A stretch of DNA of 64,000 nt. Source: a bacterium (GTDB taxonomy: Bacteria > JAGOBX01). The notes below the pieces were generated by a model. That model was not told where the DNA came from, did no database searches, and saw only the letters and a list, made by a program, of their open reading frames with translations. The DNA lies in assembly GCA_036733285.1 (NCBI GenBank), contig DAINAU010000001.1, positions 18,954-82,953 of the forward strand, in the 5' to 3' direction. The translations under genes and the position numbers were made by a program. Shown here one piece after another: positions 1 through 9,366 of this stretch; the stretch's first letter is position 1, and the number at the start of each line of letters is the position of its first letter.

Positions 1-3000
1 ACACTCGGCAAAACTCTGTATGAACCCGGATTATAATTAATCATTGAATATCTTATGTCATTAATTTTTTGATTTGATTTATAAAAAAACGTAATTTTCG
101 GACCTTCGATTTTATAAAATGAAAAATTACCCGTTATAGTTTTTTCAAGTATTTTAGCGCCAGCCGGAATGAATTCTTCTATTATTGTAGAAGGGTATCT
201 GTATTCATTATCGATATCAATATAAACATCGCAATAATCTCCGAATTCAATTTCGTTGGTTATAAAAGAGCTTTGAGTTAATATTTTCCCTTTATATTTC
301 AAAGGAGAATGATAATAATTTTTAGAGCCAATAGAAAGCGCATCCGATTGATCCGAATTTATAAAATTATTTGAGAACCCTTCGAGAATAGCCGAATACG
401 TGAATTCGCCTATGCCGTTAAAATCAAAATAAATCTTATTTTCTCCTTGTTTTAAAAATGATTGAGGACAATCAATATAAACGCAGTCTTCAATTTGTTT
501 TGAATTAACAGTTTTTATTTTCTTATCGTTCGCATAAATATCAATGTAATAATTATTTTTTATATTAGCGAAATTGCCGAAATATTCGGACAAAGCAGCC
601 GCAACAGGTCCGACTGCTTTAGAAGGATAGTATCTCGAATAATATTTTCTGTTAAGCAAAAATTCCGCAGCTTTGCTTATATTCGGATTATCCGGAAGTA
701 TCTTTTGCAAAGCAAGCATTGAAAGAGCCGTTATTTCAACTTCGCTTGAAAACCAATTGTAAAGATAACCCTTGTGTTTCCAATAAGTCTCGTTTCCTTT
801 AATTGCGGCTTTTTCAGCAAGTAAAAGAGCTATATCTTTAGCGTAATCGAATCGTTGAAGATTATGAAACGTAAGTGCCGCAAAAGCAAGCGCGGCAGGA
901 GGAAGTTCTGAACGATCGCGGTAAAGACGGTTCGCATAACTGTAATCTGCGTCGCCGGAACAAGAAAGCGCAAACAGCAAAACCGATTTTATCAAATGAT
1001 TTTCCGGACTCGAGCGCCTGAAAGCTTGCTCAATATAAATTTTCGCTTTCGGCAATATTTGCCTGTCAATTTCTATGCCCGCGTTTTTAGCTGAAATCAA
1101 AGCCCAATACATAACCGCGATATTTATTTCTCCGCCTTCCCAGCTTCCGTCGTTTCTTTGAACTGAAGACGCTTGAGAAATAAGCCGTTTTGTATTTTCA
1201 AGAATCTCGTTTTTTTGTGTTTCATTTCCCCTGCTTTTCAAATATTTTAAAACCGAAGCCGATGCGAGAATTTGGGATTCAACGCTGTAAAAATCAGGAA
1301 TATTAACATATCTGCCTCTTAAATAAACCGGAAGATTTTCCTGTAAAACAAGCGAAATCAAATCATTGTTTATTCCGCTATTGATTTTAATCGACATCCA
1401 TTGAGAATTATATTTTATTGAATTATTAAGTTTTAAAAACAAAGTTTTTTTGTCGGATGATTTTCCGCTTTTTACTTCGTAATAATTCATTCCCCATGGT
1501 CTTACGACAATATCTTTAATTAATTTATCAAAAAGTTTTGAATTTTCCATCTCGGCGGAAATTTCCATAGAAACGTAAGACGCGCAAGGAACTAAAAATT
1601 CTTCAAAACAGTATTCGGCAGATTGACGGCTCTCTACTTTTAGCGAAGCCGTAAAAGTTTTTCCGTCAAAATTTTCCGTTTTAAAAGAAACTGACATTTT
1701 TACGATTCCCGCCGTATCTGTCAAATTATGAATTTTCACAAACGGTCTTGTTTTATCGCCTTCGTATAAAACGTCCGGAATCCTGCATTCAATAAAAAAA
1801 TTTTTTTGAACGGAAATATTTTTATTTGCCTGTCCCGCAAGCGTTTCTTTTGAAATTCCTTTTGCCGTAAATCTGTATTCCGAAAGATTTTCAGGCATTT
1901 TAATTTCAACCGTTGTTTCGCCTGTCCCGTCAATTTTTATTTTCGCAATCCACGCAGACGCGGAATCCAATTCTTTTCGCGAAACATATAATTCTACGTT
2001 CTCGTCGGAATCTTCGGCTTCGAATACTGTTCCGCTAATGGTTAAAGTTTTTTGTTGTTTGCTAAGTTTATAATTTTCTTCTTTTGTTTCGCTAAAATCC
2101 ATAGATTGCGGAGCGCTTAAATTGTCAACGGCTCCATAAGAAAAATCAGAATATGAATTTAAATTTTTTTTTGCTTTTCCGCTTCTCCGCAATTCGCCAG
2201 CCATTGCCGGTTTTGCCGAAAAACTATCTTTATATTTATCGCTTATACCTCCGGCTATTTGTTCTCTTCTTTCGCGTTCGGATTCTTCGATTATATCTTT
2301 GACTGTTTTCTTTGTTATTCCGGAATAACTAAACGATATGCTCGATGACAATCTTAACCCGCTTACACGTTCGGCGTCTTTTGAAAAATAATCGGATATA
2401 TTCATACTGTTGTCTTCAAACAAAGCAAATAACGCCTCATTAACGAGCGCTAACGAAAACTCAGCGGACGCAGGCTTATCAAGATGATTTAAAGATTTGA
2501 TTTTAATTTTCGCGGTTTCTCCGGGAAAATATTTTTCTTTGTCAGGCAGTATCGAAACTTTTAATTCTCTATCGACTTTAAAAGATAAATTTGAACTGTA
2601 TAATTTTGCCTTATTCATTGTTAGCGCCGATATTGTGAAATTCGGAAAAAATTCATTTTTAACGTTAAAATCTATCGTATATGAATTCAATTTCTGTCTT
2701 GGTTCTATTAAAATATAATCGATTATTTCTTCTCCTTCAAACGTTAATAAAACTTGAGATTTTTTTATTCCGCTAATCAATTCTATCTTATGGTTTTCTC
2801 CCTCTTTTAATTCCTTCAAATTCGACGCAAGCCTGAAATTATTGTAATCGGCGTCTTCCGAAACGTTTAATTTAATTTCATTAGAAATATTATTTCCAAA
2901 AATATCAACTCCTGAAATTCTAATTATATATTTTCCCGCCTCCGAAATGATGAGATTTTCAGAAGCCCCGCCTTTTTCCGAAGTTATGACCGGTCTTGTC

Positions 3001-6000
3001 TCAACGGTAATTTCAGTATATGCGTTTTTATTGTAATCTTTAAACCATTCGACTCTTGAAATTACAGGTTCGATTTTTGTCGTCTGAGTTTTTATTATCG
3101 ACATTATAATTTTTTTAGAAACCGGCTTTTGATTAGCTCCGTTTGTTTTTATAAAAACTCCTGCGTTTTCTCCGGTAAAAATCGAATCCGAACTTATGGA
3201 AACATCTATTGAAAATTCGTCCACCGCAAGAAATACGGAATTGGAAAATCTGAAATTGTCTTCAGGCAGAAATACTGAAAAACCAAGCGCCTGTTCGGAA
3301 GTCTGCGAAACTGTATTGAATTCAAAATTAAATTTACCCGAAGAATCCGTTCTGCCTTCAAGCTCTCGCCCGTCCGGCAAAGTATAATAAATTAATTTAT
3401 CCTGAACCGGAGAGCCGTAATAATAAAGGACTGACGCCTCCGCCTTGACAGTTTCGCCTCTGTAATAAACCTCTTTATCAAAAACTATCGAACCCTTGAT
3501 TTTTTCAAGTTTAAAATCAGATACTTTAAAATTAAAAGAATCCAATGTTTTGTTTTTTTCAGTTAAAACTATTATATTATAATCCCCTGTTTCGGCGTTC
3601 TCAGGTATGTCAAATTTCGTTGAGACGGTTCCGTAATCGCTGATTATTACTGTATCCTGTTTCATAAGTCTGTTTGACGGATTATAAATATTCATTAAAT
3701 AGACTGTAGCTTCCGGAACCGTATAAACGCCGTCTTTCACATCTCGTATCACCGCTTTAATATTTGCGGTTTCTCCTTGTTTATACGCCGGTTTATCCGT
3801 ATATATATAAGTTTTCTGAGTTAATCCGGAACTTACTTGAAGTCCGGTTAACATAAGATTATCCGAAGCCGCTGAATTATTATGAATAGCGAAAAAATTT
3901 ATGTTATCAGAACTTTTCAGATTATCATGTTTTATAACGGCTATACCGTCTTTATTAGTTTTTCCCTCCGCAAAAATCGATGTTCCGTCGCTTATAATAA
4001 CTTCTGCGTCCGGCTGCGGTTTTCCAGTCAGCATATTCTGAATATATACAAACGCTTGTTTTCTTGAAGCTTTTAAAATACCCTCTATGTCGCTCCTTAT
4101 CACAAGAGTAGCGGCTTCATAATCGTCTTCCGAAACCGTTACCGCGTAAACGCCTGCGTTTTCCATTGAAATATTGATTTTCATATCGTATAGTTTAAAC
4201 TTTTTGTAATCGTCTAAATTATAAACAAAAAAAGTATCCGGTTCGATTAATTGCAAATCAAGGGATTCGATGCCCTGAATGGATTTATATTTTTTGAAAT
4301 ACGCCGATAAATCAAGTTTATACAATTTGACCGTGAATTTTTCAATATTCCTGATTTTCAACGAAATATAAGGGTTTTCATTTGTTCTGAAAGTTCTATC
4401 TGTTTTTAGCGTCAATGATTTTTCAGTTAATTCATTTAATTTATTAAAAGCCGCCGGATTATTTCTGATTTTTTTCAATTCATCAACGGCGTCAGCGTAT
4501 CGTTCGAGATTATTTTCAAGTATTTCTGTAATCCGCAACCCCGCTTTGTTAGCTTGAGGAGACGCCGGATATTTTGAAATAAGTTGATTAAACAAATCAA
4601 TGGATTTTTCAAAACGCTTGTAAGCTGAATTCTTATTATTTTTTTCAAGTTCTAATTCGCCTTTTCTGAATTCCATTTCAGCGAAAACAAACATAATTAG
4701 AGGAGCTCTGGCGTCAAGCGGATATTTTTTTAAAAACAATTTCCATTGTTCTTCAGCCGCTTCATAATTTCCGTTTTCAAGAAAATCCATTCCTATTTTA
4801 AAATCAATATCTATTTTTTTTGCCTGCGCCGCAGACCATTCCCGTCCGTTGGGAAATTGATTTATATATTGCTCAAAATAAATCGCGGCCGTATCGTAAT
4901 TTTTTCTATTGAAATATAATTCGCCGGTTTGATATACCGCGCTTTGATTCAATCTTTCGAATTCTTTCATAGGTTCTTCTGAAACCTTTATCCCTTCCGG
5001 CGCCGGATTGATTTTAAAATTAGAACGGTTGATGAATTTTTTTAATTCTTCAAGCGCGCTTTCGATTCTGTTCATTCCAATATAAGCCGAACAAATTTCA
5101 TAATCAACTGAAACGGTTCTGTAATCGTCCGGACATTTTTCTAAAAAGGTTCTCGCCGACTTGATGAACAATTCAAACTCTCCGTCAGAATTATATTTCA
5201 AAAAATCATGTATTCTTGTCAAATTATAATACGCATCGTTTCTTATTAAAACTACAGTATCGTTTAAATAATTATTTTTCTCTACCAAACTTATTAAATT
5301 TTCAGTTAGTCTTTTTGATTCGGACAAATTATTGGATTCAAAATATTTTGAGGCGAGTCCAGACCTGCATTCAAGAACATATTTCCCCGCAAATTCTATT
5401 TTTTTTTCTACGCCTGATTTTTCAAAAGACCAATTAGAGTCAAACTCTTTCAGATAATTTTCAAATTCCTTTATCGCGAGATATTTATCGTTTGTCTTAG
5501 ACGCGTAAATCGCAGACATAAACGCCGAATAATCCTTGTTTTTCAATGGCAAATCAAATACAAGCGTTTTTTTCATTAAATTAAACGATTTGAAATAATA
5601 TTCGTTTTTAAGATTCTTATTATCTGAAACCGCCGCTTTTTCCGCAAAAGTTTTCGCTAAAGAATAATATATCTCAAGTATTTTATTTTTACGCTCTTCG
5701 CTCAATAAATTTTTGGAAACCAAATCGAATAATTCCGCGGCGCTCTTATAATTTTTTTGTTTTAAAAAAATATCGGTTTTCAGGTAAAGAGCTTTATTCG
5801 CCCATTCCTGATTTCCTGATTCCATTATTTTCTCAATCGTTTCAAGCGATTCGGAATATTTCTCAAGTTTGAATAGGCAAACAGATTTTAAATATTGCGG
5901 ATAACTTCCGCTATATTTTTTTAAGTCAAGATTATTCAGAGCGTTCAGAGCCGCTTCATAATTTCTTTGCCCCATCGCCAATTCAATAGATAAAATTTCT

Positions 6001-6083
6001 TTATCGGGTTTTTCAATAAGCGAACTAAACGCAACGCTTCTAATCAAAATCAATGTTAAAATGACTATTATTGTTTGTTTCAT
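1..6083 (-). CDS. Alpha-2-macroglobulin family protein (MG/A2M-type domains) with an N-terminal TPR-like region and a lipoprotein-like signal peptide. Partial: the 3' end runs past the window start.
   Basis: One minus-strand frame is open from the ATG at 6083-6081 (GGAGG 8 nt upstream) to position 1. It is absent from the ORF track only because no stop falls inside the window. My translation begins MKQTIIVILTLILIRSVAFSS. It contains TPR-like helical repeats, MG-domain-like segments (for example GETVKAEASVLYYYGSPV) and an alpha/alpha-toroid-like segment (GGEINIAVMYWALISAKNAGIEID). I saw no CGEQ thioester motif. The short plus-strand ORFs in 1736-5437 are antisense artefacts. Confidence 0.55.
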   Translation of the reverse strand, partial: MKQTIIVILTLILIRSVAFSSLIEKPDKEILSIELAMGQRNYEAALNALNNLDLKKYSGSYPQYLKSVCLFKLEKYSESLETIEKIMESGNQEWANKALYLKTDIFLKQKNYKSAAELFDLVSKNLLSEERKNKILEIYYSLAKTFAEKAAVSDNKNLKNEYYFKSFNLMKKTLVFDLPLKNKDYSAFMSAIYASKTNDKYLAIKEFENYLKEFDSNWSFEKSGVEKKIEFAGKYVLECRSGLASKYFESNNLSESKRLTENLISLVEKNNYLNDTVVLIRNDAYYNLTRIHDFLKYNSDGEFELFIKSARTFLEKCPDDYRTVSVDYEICSAYIGMNRIESALEELKKFINRSNFKINPAPEGIKVSEEPMKEFERLNQSAVYQTGELYFNRKNYDTAAIYFEQYINQFPNGREWSAAQAKKIDIDFKIGMDFLENGNYEAAEEQWKLFLKKYPLDARAPLIMFVFAEMEFRKGELELEKNNKNSAYKRFEKSIDLFNQLISKYPASPQANKAGLRITEILENNLERYADAVDELKKIRNNPAAFNKLNELTEKSLTLKTDRTFRTNENPYISLKIRNIEKFTVKLYKLDLSAYFKKYKSIQGIESLDLQLIEPDTFFVYNLDDYKKFKLYDMKINISMENAGVYAVTVSEDDYEAATLVIRSDIEGILKASRKQAFVYIQNMLTGKPQPDAEVIISDGTSIFAEGKTNKDGIAVIKHDNLKSSDNINFFAIHNNSAASDNLMLTGLQVSSGLTQKTYIYTDKPAYKQGETANIKAVIRDVKDGVYTVPEATVYLMNIYNPSNRLMKQDTVIISDYGTVSTKFDIPENAETGDYNIIVLTEKNKTLDSFNFKVSDFKLEKIKGSIVFDKEVYYRGETVKAEASVLYYYGSPVQDKLIYYTLPDGRELEGRTDSSGKFNFEFNTVSQTSEQALGFSVFLPEDNFRFSNSVFLAVDEFSIDVSISSDSIFTGENAGVFIKTNGANQKPVSKKIIMSIIKTQTTKIEPVISRVEWFKDYNKNAYTEITVETRPVITSEKGGASENLIISEAGKYIIRISGVDIFGNNISNEIKLNVSEDADYNNFRLASNLKELKEGENHKIELISGIKKSQVLLTFEGEEIIDYILIEPRQKLNSYTIDFNVKNEFFPNFTISALTMNKAKLYSSNLSFKVDRELKVSILPDKEKYFPGETAKIKIKSLNHLDKPASAEFSLALVNEALFALFEDNSMNISDYFSKDAERVSGLRLSSSISFSYSGITKKTVKDIIEESERERREQIAGGISDKYKDSFSAKPAMAGELRRSGKAKKNLNSYSDFSYGAVDNLSAPQSMDFSETKEENYKLSKQQKTLTISGTVFEAEDSDENVELYVSRKELDSASAWIAKIKIDGTGETTVEIKMPENLSEYRFTAKGISKETLAGQANKNISVQKNFFIECRIPDVLYEGDKTRPFVKIHNLTDTAGIVKMSVSFKTENFDGKTFTASLKVESRQSAEYCFEEFLVPCASYVSMEISAEMENSKLFDKLIKDIVVRPWGMNYYEVKSGKSSDKKTLFLKLNNSIKYNSQWMSIKINSGINNDLISLVLQENLPVYLRGRYVNIPDFYSVESQILASASVLKYLKSRGNETQKNEILENTKRLISQASSVQRNDGSWEGGEINIAVMYWALISAKNAGIEIDRQILPKAKIYIEQAFRRSSPENHLIKSVLLFALSCSGDADYSYANRLYRDRSELPPAALAFAALTFHNLQRFDYAKDIALLLAEKAAIKGNETYWKHKGYLYNWFSSEVEITALSMLALQKILPDNPNISKAAEFLLNRKYYSRYYPSKAVGPVAAALSEYFGNFANIKNNYYIDIYANDKKIKTVNSKQIEDCVYIDCPQSFLKQGENKIYFDFNGIGEFTYSAILEGFSNNFINSDQSDALSIGSKNYYHSPLKYKGKILTQSSFITNEIEFGDYCDVYIDIDNEYRYPSTIIEEFIPAGAKILEKTITGNFSFYKIEGPKITFFYKSNQKINDIRYSMINYNPGSYRVLPS

Positions 6084-6289
6084 TCAAAACGCCTCCGGTT
6101 TTATTACTACATATTTGAGTTAGACGCAATTTCACAAAAAATGTTCGTATGTTTTTTCGGATGATATGTTATCTTTTATTCTCATATGCCCCGCCATAAT
6201 ATATAGTTTACCGATTATACGGTTGCATTTAAACCCAAATAACTTTTTATTAGGGTTTAAATATAACATCTTTAACAGATAGACTTATA

Positions 6290-6320
6290 CTCGCGATACG
6301 CCGCGCTAAAGACGCGAGTT
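6290..6320 (-). terminator. GC-rich hairpin (ACTCGCG...CGCGAGT, 7-bp stem) between the 3' end of the endonuclease gene and the promoter region of the A2M gene. Possible terminator or insulator.
   Basis: The inverted repeat is seen directly. No clear U-tract follows on either strand, so confidence is low. Confidence 0.25.
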
Positions 6321-6352
6321 ATAAAATCAAATTTCCGGCTGCGAGACTTTCT

Positions 6353-7414
6353 TTATTCTTTGCTTGCTACAATAAAAAAATCTTTAGGCAAAGGAATTTG
6401 TAATTTCTTATTAATGACTTTCCCTTCAAATCTTGGAAAACGATCAAAAAACTTTTCTCCTGTTGTCAAATACATATTTGTCAATTTCACAGTATTATTA
6501 TTTATTTCAGCATAAAACACTAAATATCGGACATCGGAATGTCTTATTACAATATCATTTACGGCTGGAATTGGCAGCGGCGCGCGACTTGATGGAGCAA
6601 CAAGACCTAAATCAATTGTTGGCGACGACTGTAATTTCACTTCAATTAATTGATGTAATATATCAGGAAATCGCCCTGTATCTGAATAATCCTTATATCC
6701 CAAAGCACGACAAACTAATTTATATAAAACATCGCCCCGCGTACGTTCTCGCTCTTTTCCTGTATCTTCAAAACTTGTTCCAATTAAAGTTTTCATTTTT
6801 TCAAAAAGAAATGTTATAGGAATAATTTTGTTTATATCGGGAATCTCAGTTGGTTTATTATTTGTTAAATCTAAAATGATCAAAGTATTATGTACCAAAG
6901 TTAAAATATTATCAGTATCACTATTGGTAATTAATTCAGATTGTAAATCAGAGGCGCGGATTGTCGCTTGATATTTTTGTGTCAATGTTCCAGTCGTGTC
7001 AAGCTTGGCTAAAATATCGCCGGTTACTACTTTAACGCTCTCTATGATATTTTTCGATGACACTTTCATAATTACATATCTGCGGTTTACTGCAATATCT
7101 TCATTCCAAATTTGTAAATTATTAGATTTTTGAATATAGGTATCAAAATCTTGTCCAATAAATCGCGGATGAGTTTTTTTAAAAGTTTTTGGCAATGGAT
7201 ACCCTAATGTTTCACAAATTTTTTCTTTAACAACTTTCGATCGTGTTCTTAACGGCAAATCATTCAGGGATAAATTTTTTAATGTCCGATTTAAAATATA
7301 TTCTAATTGTTCAGATGCGTACCAACACTCAAAATGTCCATTTCTTATTTTATCGTAAATGGACAATTTATGTTTGTGAATGTTTTCTTTTACTTTTTCA
7401 ATTTCTTTTTCAAT
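6353..7414 (-). CDS. Putative Type II restriction endonuclease with a PD-(D/E)xK fold.
   Basis: The ORF-track frame 6353..7498 has a 5' extension that overlaps the upstream gene. The likely start is the internal ATG at 7414 (MDIEKEIEK...), which is preceded by AGAGGA. The motif GRFPDILHQLIEVKLQ matches PD...E-x-K. The gene lies immediately downstream of a methyltransferase gene. Confidence 0.5.
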   Translation of the reverse strand: MEKEIEKVKENIHKHKLSIYDKIRNGHFECWYASEQLEYILNRTLKNLSLNDLPLRTRSKVVKEKICETLGYPLPKTFKKTHPRFIGQDFDTYIQKSNNLQIWNEDIAVNRRYVIMKVSSKNIIESVKVVTGDILAKLDTTGTLTQKYQATIRASDLQSELITNSDTDNILTLVHNTLIILDLTNNKPTEIPDINKIIPITFLFEKMKTLIGTSFEDTGKERERTRGDVLYKLVCRALGYKDYSDTGRFPDILHQLIEVKLQSSPTIDLGLVAPSSRAPLPIPAVNDIVIRHSDVRYLVFYAEINNNTVKLTNMYLTTGEKFFDRFPRFEGKVINKKLQIPLPKDFFIVASKE

Positions 7415-7433
7415 ATCCATAATAGTCCTCTCG

Positions 7434-8420
7434 CTAAATACCATATACTTTGTATGCCAAAGCATTAATACGATTTTCAGTTTTGATTTTGTCGGCATTA
7501 TTATTAATTAACTCTTTTACTAATTTGATTATTTCTTTACATTCATTTTTACTTATATCGGGCAACGGATATTTTGCTACATATTGTGTAAAATATCGCC
7601 TTCTGCCTGAATATAATTTATTATTAAAACATAAGTCATGAAATTTTGTTAAAACTTCAGAATTCGACAAACCTAAAATTAAAAATAATAAATTTTCATC
7701 ATATTTATCATTGATAGTAATCCAATAACAATTCCCGTCAACAATAGAATTATTATTATCGAAAAAAAATTTTGGTTCGGGACTTATATCAGGAAAAATA
7801 ATTTTGGGTTCTTTCCAAGCATTAGGATTTTGAGGCACCCATATTTCATACCATTGCCGATTAGCTTGTATCAAATACGTTCTTTCTTCAAGTTTTTCTC
7901 GATACTGTTCTAAATATTTTTTTGCCTTTGGAAAATTTGATAATTCAATTGGCGTTCTTTTTCCGTTTTTATTGATATGAGTATATAATACATAACGTTT
8001 ATTCAATTTATTGGATTTACTTAACCACTTATTAGATTCATAACTTGACAAAATCGGTTTTAATAATTCCCTTTCGGGTCTAATTTCAGGCGGCAATTCA
8101 TCCCAATCATTTCTTATAAATACCGTATCTGCATTTGTCTTAATTCCTACTCTGACTTTTGCAACATCTGCAATTGTTTTGTTTGAATTATTTGTTATGG
8201 TTTCAATAAAATCATTTTCATTTTTTGTAACCAATTTCCAAGGTTCTTTGGATTTTGTTGATATATGAAAATGACCTGAATTAGCAACGTATATTGTTTG
8301 TCCAACTTGAAAACAACCTGTTTTTTCATTATGAATTATATCATAAATAGTATTTTCTTTTTCATATTTGGTAATGTTATTATCGCTATTTTTTTCATAT
8401 ATTCTATAAAAACGGGGCAT
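7434..8420 (-). CDS. C-terminal target-recognition part (TaqI_C-like TRD) of an N6-adenine DNA methyltransferase. It is encoded as a separate ORF from the catalytic part.
   Basis: The 328-aa product has TRD-like segments (VRVGIKTNADTVFI, GNCYWI) typical of M.TaqI/Eco57I-family C-terminal domains and no MTase catalytic motifs. It is 23 bp from the stop of the catalytic-domain ORF. The frame is restored by a 1-nt change in the A10 tract. Confidence 0.5.
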   Translation of the reverse strand: MPRFYRIYEKNSDNNITKYEKENTIYDIIHNEKTGCFQVGQTIYVANSGHFHISTKSKEPWKLVTKNENDFIETITNNSNKTIADVAKVRVGIKTNADTVFIRNDWDELPPEIRPERELLKPILSSYESNKWLSKSNKLNKRYVLYTHINKNGKRTPIELSNFPKAKKYLEQYREKLEERTYLIQANRQWYEIWVPQNPNAWKEPKIIFPDISPEPKFFFDNNNSIVDGNCYWITINDKYDENLLFLILGLSNSEVLTKFHDLCFNNKLYSGRRRYFTQYVAKYPLPDISKNECKEIIKLVKELINNNADKIKTENRINALAYKVYGI

Positions 8421-8443
8421 CTGTTTATCTTGTGTTTTATTTT

Positions 8444-9163
8444 TTAATATTTTTTTTTTCGGCCAAAAAAAATTGCCGGCAAAACTGCCGCTTCAAATAA
8501 TTTTGTATCGCCTAAATCAATAAGTTTAATAATTTCATAATTTGATTGCAAATAATTGCGTATGTTTTCACCGGCTCTGTTTGATATAAAACGATTAGAT
8601 GTGATAACACCGAGTAAACCATCATCTGATAAAATAGAAGTCATTGCAACTAAAAAAGCATGATACAAATCGACCCGGCCGGCAAGGTTAAATTTTTTAG
8701 ACAATTTCTGCGCTTTTTCAGAACCTAAAATTTGAGTTCTTACATATGGAGGATTTGCAATTATAACATCAATTTTATTTAAAATATCTAAATCAGAAGT
8801 TGTTTCTAAATCAAATAAACACGGCTGATTTTTTAATTTCCATTCGGGAATCATCTCCAAAAAATCAGCCGTGTTTAAATATAATTCTTTCAATTTAAAT
8901 TGTTTTAGCCGTTCGTTTGTTTTTTTTAGCGAATCTAAATCAAATTCAATTCCATAAATAGAAATATTTTTGTGAAATTTAACCGGAATATTATTTATAA
9001 ATGCAAGCAGTAATTCGCCATCGCCGCAAGAAGGGTCAAGAACATTTATTGTTTTATTACTATTTAATTCAATTTGATTTATAAGATTAATTGCAACATA
9101 ATTTGCTAATTGATTGGGAGTGAAATGAGCGCCTGACGTTTTTTGAGCAGAATATTTTTTCAT
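8444..9163 (-). CDS. Gamma-class N6-adenine DNA methyltransferase, catalytic domain (239 aa).
   Basis: GAHFTP (motif X), VLDPSCGDGELLL (motif I, AdoMet binding) and IIANPPYV (motif IV). The product ends ...AAVLPAIFFGRKKKY immediately before the A10 tract. Confidence 0.8.
   Translation of the reverse strand: MKKYSAQKTSGAHFTPNQLANYVAINLINQIELNSNKTINVLDPSCGDGELLLAFINNIPVKFHKNISIYGIEFDLDSLKKTNERLKQFKLKELYLNTADFLEMIPEWKLKNQPCLFDLETTSDLDILNKIDVIIANPPYVRTQILGSEKAQKLSKKFNLAGRVDLYHAFLVAMTSILSDDGLLGVITSNRFISNRAGENIRNYLQSNYEIIKLIDLGDTKLFEAAVLPAIFFGRKKKY
8450..8459. repeat. Homopolymeric T10 tract (A10 on the coding strand) at the junction of the two methyltransferase ORFs.
   Basis: Plus-strand positions 8450-8459 are ten consecutive T. 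They encode the KKK of the ...FFGRKKKY* C-terminus of the catalytic ORF. Confidence 0.9.
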
Positions 9164-9366
9164 AACTAAATAATAATATATAATATCATAATTAGCAAGT
9201 TAAAACCAATTATTGAAATCGGAGCGCCTATTTTTGTTAAGCCGCATTGAAAGTAACTGATATATATTTGTCAACTTTTCAATGACGATAAATATAGTTC
9301 TTTCGCCAATGATTCTACGCTTTTTATTTTACGCATTTTATGTTTTATTATTAGCGACAATTCTTT

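Noticed and set aside
1736-5437. Five short plus- or minus-strand ORFs (61-73 aa) from the ORF track inside the first 6 kb.
   Set aside because: They lie antisense to, or out of frame within, the continuous >2000-codon minus-strand A2M frame. They are low-complexity and have no RBS.
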